From NCBI GenBank assembly GCA_039802605.1, contig JBDRWW010000005.1, positions 32,001 through 96,000 on the forward strand: DNA of 64,000 bases, in the 5' to 3' direction. Source of the DNA: a candidate division WOR-3 bacterium. GTDB lineage: Bacteria; Hydrothermota; Hydrothermia; LBFQ01. This document shows positions 61,556-64,000 of this stretch, piece after piece; within the stretch, counting starts at the first letter, position 1, and every line of letters starts with the position of its first letter. Position numbers and translations under genes: made by a program. The notes under the pieces were generated by a model, which was given only the letters and a program-made list of their open reading frames with translations, was not told the DNA's origin and searched no databases.

Positions 61556-61580
61556 CACCCTTAGAATATCTACTATGATG
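61556..61580 (+). repeat. 25-bp direct repeat, copy 2
   Basis: Identical to 59567-59591. Confidence 0.9.
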
Positions 61581-61964
61581 AATAGTAGAACTTTCACAGC
61601 CGCATTTTTAACGCTTTTGACTTGCACTTCCGGGAATAATTATCCCGAGGTTATATCCTTCAAGGGGGCAGGATATGAGGTAAGGATATACTCAAAAGAC
61701 GGCGATTTAAATGTTGGGCTAAACGATATAAGGGTTGAGGTAAAACCCCCAGCAAAAATTGAAGAGCTCTACCTCTATATGCCCGAGATGAAAGATTATG
61801 CCCAATTAAAGGAGGAGAAAAAAGGTGTATATTCGGGAAGCATAAGCATTAGTATGGAAGGCCCTTGGGAGTTGAGGATTAAAGTTAACGGAAAAGATAT
61901 TCGCAAGGAGATAACTATACCTGTTAAGGGAGGTGCTTCGGAAAATGAAAAACATAGCCACTAA
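61575..61964 (+). CDS. YtkA/FixH-like lipoprotein
   Basis: LLTC lipobox-like; LNVGLN, YMP.M, G.Y.G.ISISMEGPW. Paralogous to the N-terminal domain of the next gene. Confidence 0.7.
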   Translation: MMNSRTFTAAFLTLLTCTSGNNYPEVISFKGAGYEVRIYSKDGDLNVGLNDIRVEVKPPAKIEELYLYMPEMKDYAQLKEEKKGVYSGSISISMEGPWELRIKVNGKDIRKEITIPVKGGASENEKHSH

Positions 61965-63246
61965 GTGGGTTTTTGCCTTAATTCTCCTTTTTTCGTGTAA
62001 AGGCGGGAAATTTCCCGAGGTTATAAGTTTTGGCGGTGAAGGTTATACGATAAAGGTTTATTCAAAAAGTGGGGAATTAAAAGTTGGACTAAACGACATA
62101 ATGGTTGAAGTGCAACCACCTGCAAAAATAGAAGAATTCTATTTATACATGCCTCCAATGCCCGGAATGCCGGAGATGAGAGCGTTTGCAAACATAAAAG
62201 AAAAGGGAAAGGGAATTTATGAGGGTAAGATTAGCATAAGTATGGAAGGCTCTTGGCAGATAAGGGCTAAGGTTGACGGAAAGGTTTTAAAAAGGGATAT
62301 AAACATACCTTTAAGAGGTGAAAAGCACATGCACGAGGGTATGGACATGGGAAATGTAATGGAATTGACCGCCGCAAAACTTGCGGCTTTTAATGTATCC
62401 ACTTATAAGGTGGATACCCTAAGCGTTCCCGCAGTCATTTACGCCTCGGGAAGCATAAAATATCCCAAAAGTAAAACATTTATGATAACCCCGAGGTTTT
62501 CGGGTTATATAACCGAGATTTTTGTGGATAGGGAGGGTAGTTTTGTGGAAAGGGGTACCCCCCTCTTTGAGTTTTATTCCCCTGAGATTGTTAGGACATA
62601 CGAGGAGTACATAAACGCGAAAGAAACCGGGGATAGCGTATCCTTGACATTGACTTTGGAAAAATTCTCAATATATGGAATATCCCCCGATGATGTTAAG
62701 GATACATTGGCGGTTTTTAGATCCCCTTCCTCGGGGAAGGTTTCAAAAGTAATGGTGGCTAAGGGGATGATGTTTTCCGAAAACCAAAGCTTATACGAGT
62801 TAGTTACGGGGAAAGTGTTTTACTTTGTGGGGGAAGTTCCACAGGAAAAGGCGAAGCATTTATATCCGGGCTCTTTGGTGGAAATTGAGGGTATATACGC
62901 GAGGTTGGATAGGGTATTCCCAGAGGTTAATCCGGAAACAAAAACGATTAGGTTTATTTCGGTTTTTACAACGGAAAGGGATCTCTACGAAGGTATGATA
63001 TTAACGGCCAAGATAAAGAGGATGGTTAAGGGGTTGTTTGTCCCGAAGGATGCCGTAATAAGGACGGGGACCGCCGATTTTGTTTATTTGAAGGTTCGGG
63101 ATAACGCCTTTTTACCAAAAAGGGTTAAGGTTTTATCCGAAGTTGAAAACGGCTATATGGTAGAGGGCTTGAAGGTGGGAGATGAGGTTGTTGCAAAGGG
63201 GGTATTCTTCATAGATGCCGAGGCCAACCTTAGGGGGTTAAGATGA
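61945..63246 (+). CDS. cusB: CusB-like RND periplasmic adaptor with N-terminal YtkA/FixH-like domain
   Basis: Lipobox LFSC, MPPMPGMPEM, HMHEGMDM, PRFSGYI, YSPE, P.V.PET.T, VPKDAVI.TG, GL..GD.VV..G.F.ID.E; SD GGAGG before ATG 61945. Confidence 0.8.
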   Translation: MKNIATKWVFALILLFSCKGGKFPEVISFGGEGYTIKVYSKSGELKVGLNDIMVEVQPPAKIEEFYLYMPPMPGMPEMRAFANIKEKGKGIYEGKISISMEGSWQIRAKVDGKVLKRDINIPLRGEKHMHEGMDMGNVMELTAAKLAAFNVSTYKVDTLSVPAVIYASGSIKYPKSKTFMITPRFSGYITEIFVDREGSFVERGTPLFEFYSPEIVRTYEEYINAKETGDSVSLTLTLEKFSIYGISPDDVKDTLAVFRSPSSGKVSKVMVAKGMMFSENQSLYELVTGKVFYFVGEVPQEKAKHLYPGSLVEIEGIYARLDRVFPEVNPETKTIRFISVFTTERDLYEGMILTAKIKRMVKGLFVPKDAVIRTGTADFVYLKVRDNAFLPKRVKVLSEVENGYMVEGLKVGDEVVAKGVFFIDAEANLRGLR

Positions 63247-64000
63247 AAATGGATAAATTAATACGCTGGGTTTTAAATAATCCCTTTCTAACCCTAACTA
63301 TAACGGCGTTTTTTGTTATATTGGGCTTTATAGCGGTTTATAAAACACCCCTTGACGCAATACCCAACATATCCGATACGCAGGTAATAATTGAGGCCAA
63401 GTGGGAGGGGCAAGACCCAACGACAATGGAAGATCAAGTGACATATCCCATAGCTTCCGCCATGCTTTCCGCGCCAAAAACAAAGGCGGTTAGGGGCTTT
63501 TCGATGCCAAACAAGTCCTTGATATATGTCATTTTTGAAGATGGGACGGATATATATTGGGCCAGGAGTAGGGTTTTGGAATACCTTTCGGGAATAAGCC
63601 TACCGGATGAAGTTTCGTTAAGACTGGGACCGGACGCAACCGCCCTTGGGTGGGTGTTTATGTACGCCCTTATTGATACATCCGGAAAAAACGATATATC
63701 CTTTTTGAGGACTTTTAACGATTTCTACCTACGATATAGAATACTTTCGGCGGATGGGGTATCGGATGTTGCGAGCGTAGGGGGGTACTTAAAGGAATAT
63801 CAGGTAGATATAGACCCTTATAAGCTCAGGGCTTACGGTTTAACACTAAAAGATGTTTTAAACGCCGTTAAGGGTTCAAATATGCAAGGTGGGGGAAGGG
63901 TAATAGAGGTTTCCGAAAGGTATTATATGATTAGGGGTTTGGGTTATATAAAATCCCCGGAAGATTTGGAAAAGGCTGTTATAAAGACCGATCCGGAAAC
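63243..64000 (+). CDS. cusA: CusA/CzcA heavy-metal RND permease, 5' part (runs off window)
   Basis: Manual translation: PLDAIPNISDTQVII..W.GQ.P..MEDQVTYP, VRGFSM, YVIFEDGTDIYWARSRVLEYL, LGPDATALGWV.MYAL. Confidence 0.9.
   Translation, partial: MKMDKLIRWVLNNPFLTLTITAFFVILGFIAVYKTPLDAIPNISDTQVIIEAKWEGQDPTTMEDQVTYPIASAMLSAPKTKAVRGFSMPNKSLIYVIFEDGTDIYWARSRVLEYLSGISLPDEVSLRLGPDATALGWVFMYALIDTSGKNDISFLRTFNDFYLRYRILSADGVSDVASVGGYLKEYQVDIDPYKLRAYGLTLKDVLNAVKGSNMQGGGRVIEVSERYYMIRGLGYIKSPEDLEKAVIKTDPE

Overview
AT-rich, very gene-dense chromosomal window from a diderm bacterium (kdsB, TlpA, RND efflux, beta-barrel-like proteins). The K/E/I-rich proteins and PorU/T9SS-like C-terminal domains suggest a thermophilic FCB-related lineage such as WOR-3; this is inference only. 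Most genes are housekeeping genes in functionally scrambled operons: dapA, purC/E, mazG, 2-oxoacid dehydrogenase E1-beta, Xer recombinase, speD, two orphan nuoA, dnaJ, pyrB, uvrC, secDF, recG, PBP1A, acnA, a Rieske/cyt b/pentaheme c complex, kdsB, nadC and dnaE. There are three tRNAs (Leu-CAG, Asn-GTT, Met-CAT), a T9SS-like module (PorU plus CTD cargo), a four-gene extracytoplasmic Cys-motif cluster and a partly decayed copper-resistance locus. I found no CRISPR array, prophage or IS. The most striking signals concern gene expression. (i) Almost every transcription unit starts with a TAnnnT -10 box 7-12 nt before the start codon and has no Shine-Dalgarno (near-leaderless mRNA). (ii) All three CCA-less tRNA genes are followed 1-2 nt later by a TTG-initiated CDS, resembling tRNA punctuation. 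(iii) Several exported-type proteins have only 5-8 hydrophobic residues in place of a normal signal peptide. (iv) Several genes appear to need ATT/ATA/CTG starts. Accessory genes are eroding by internal deletions while core genes are intact.
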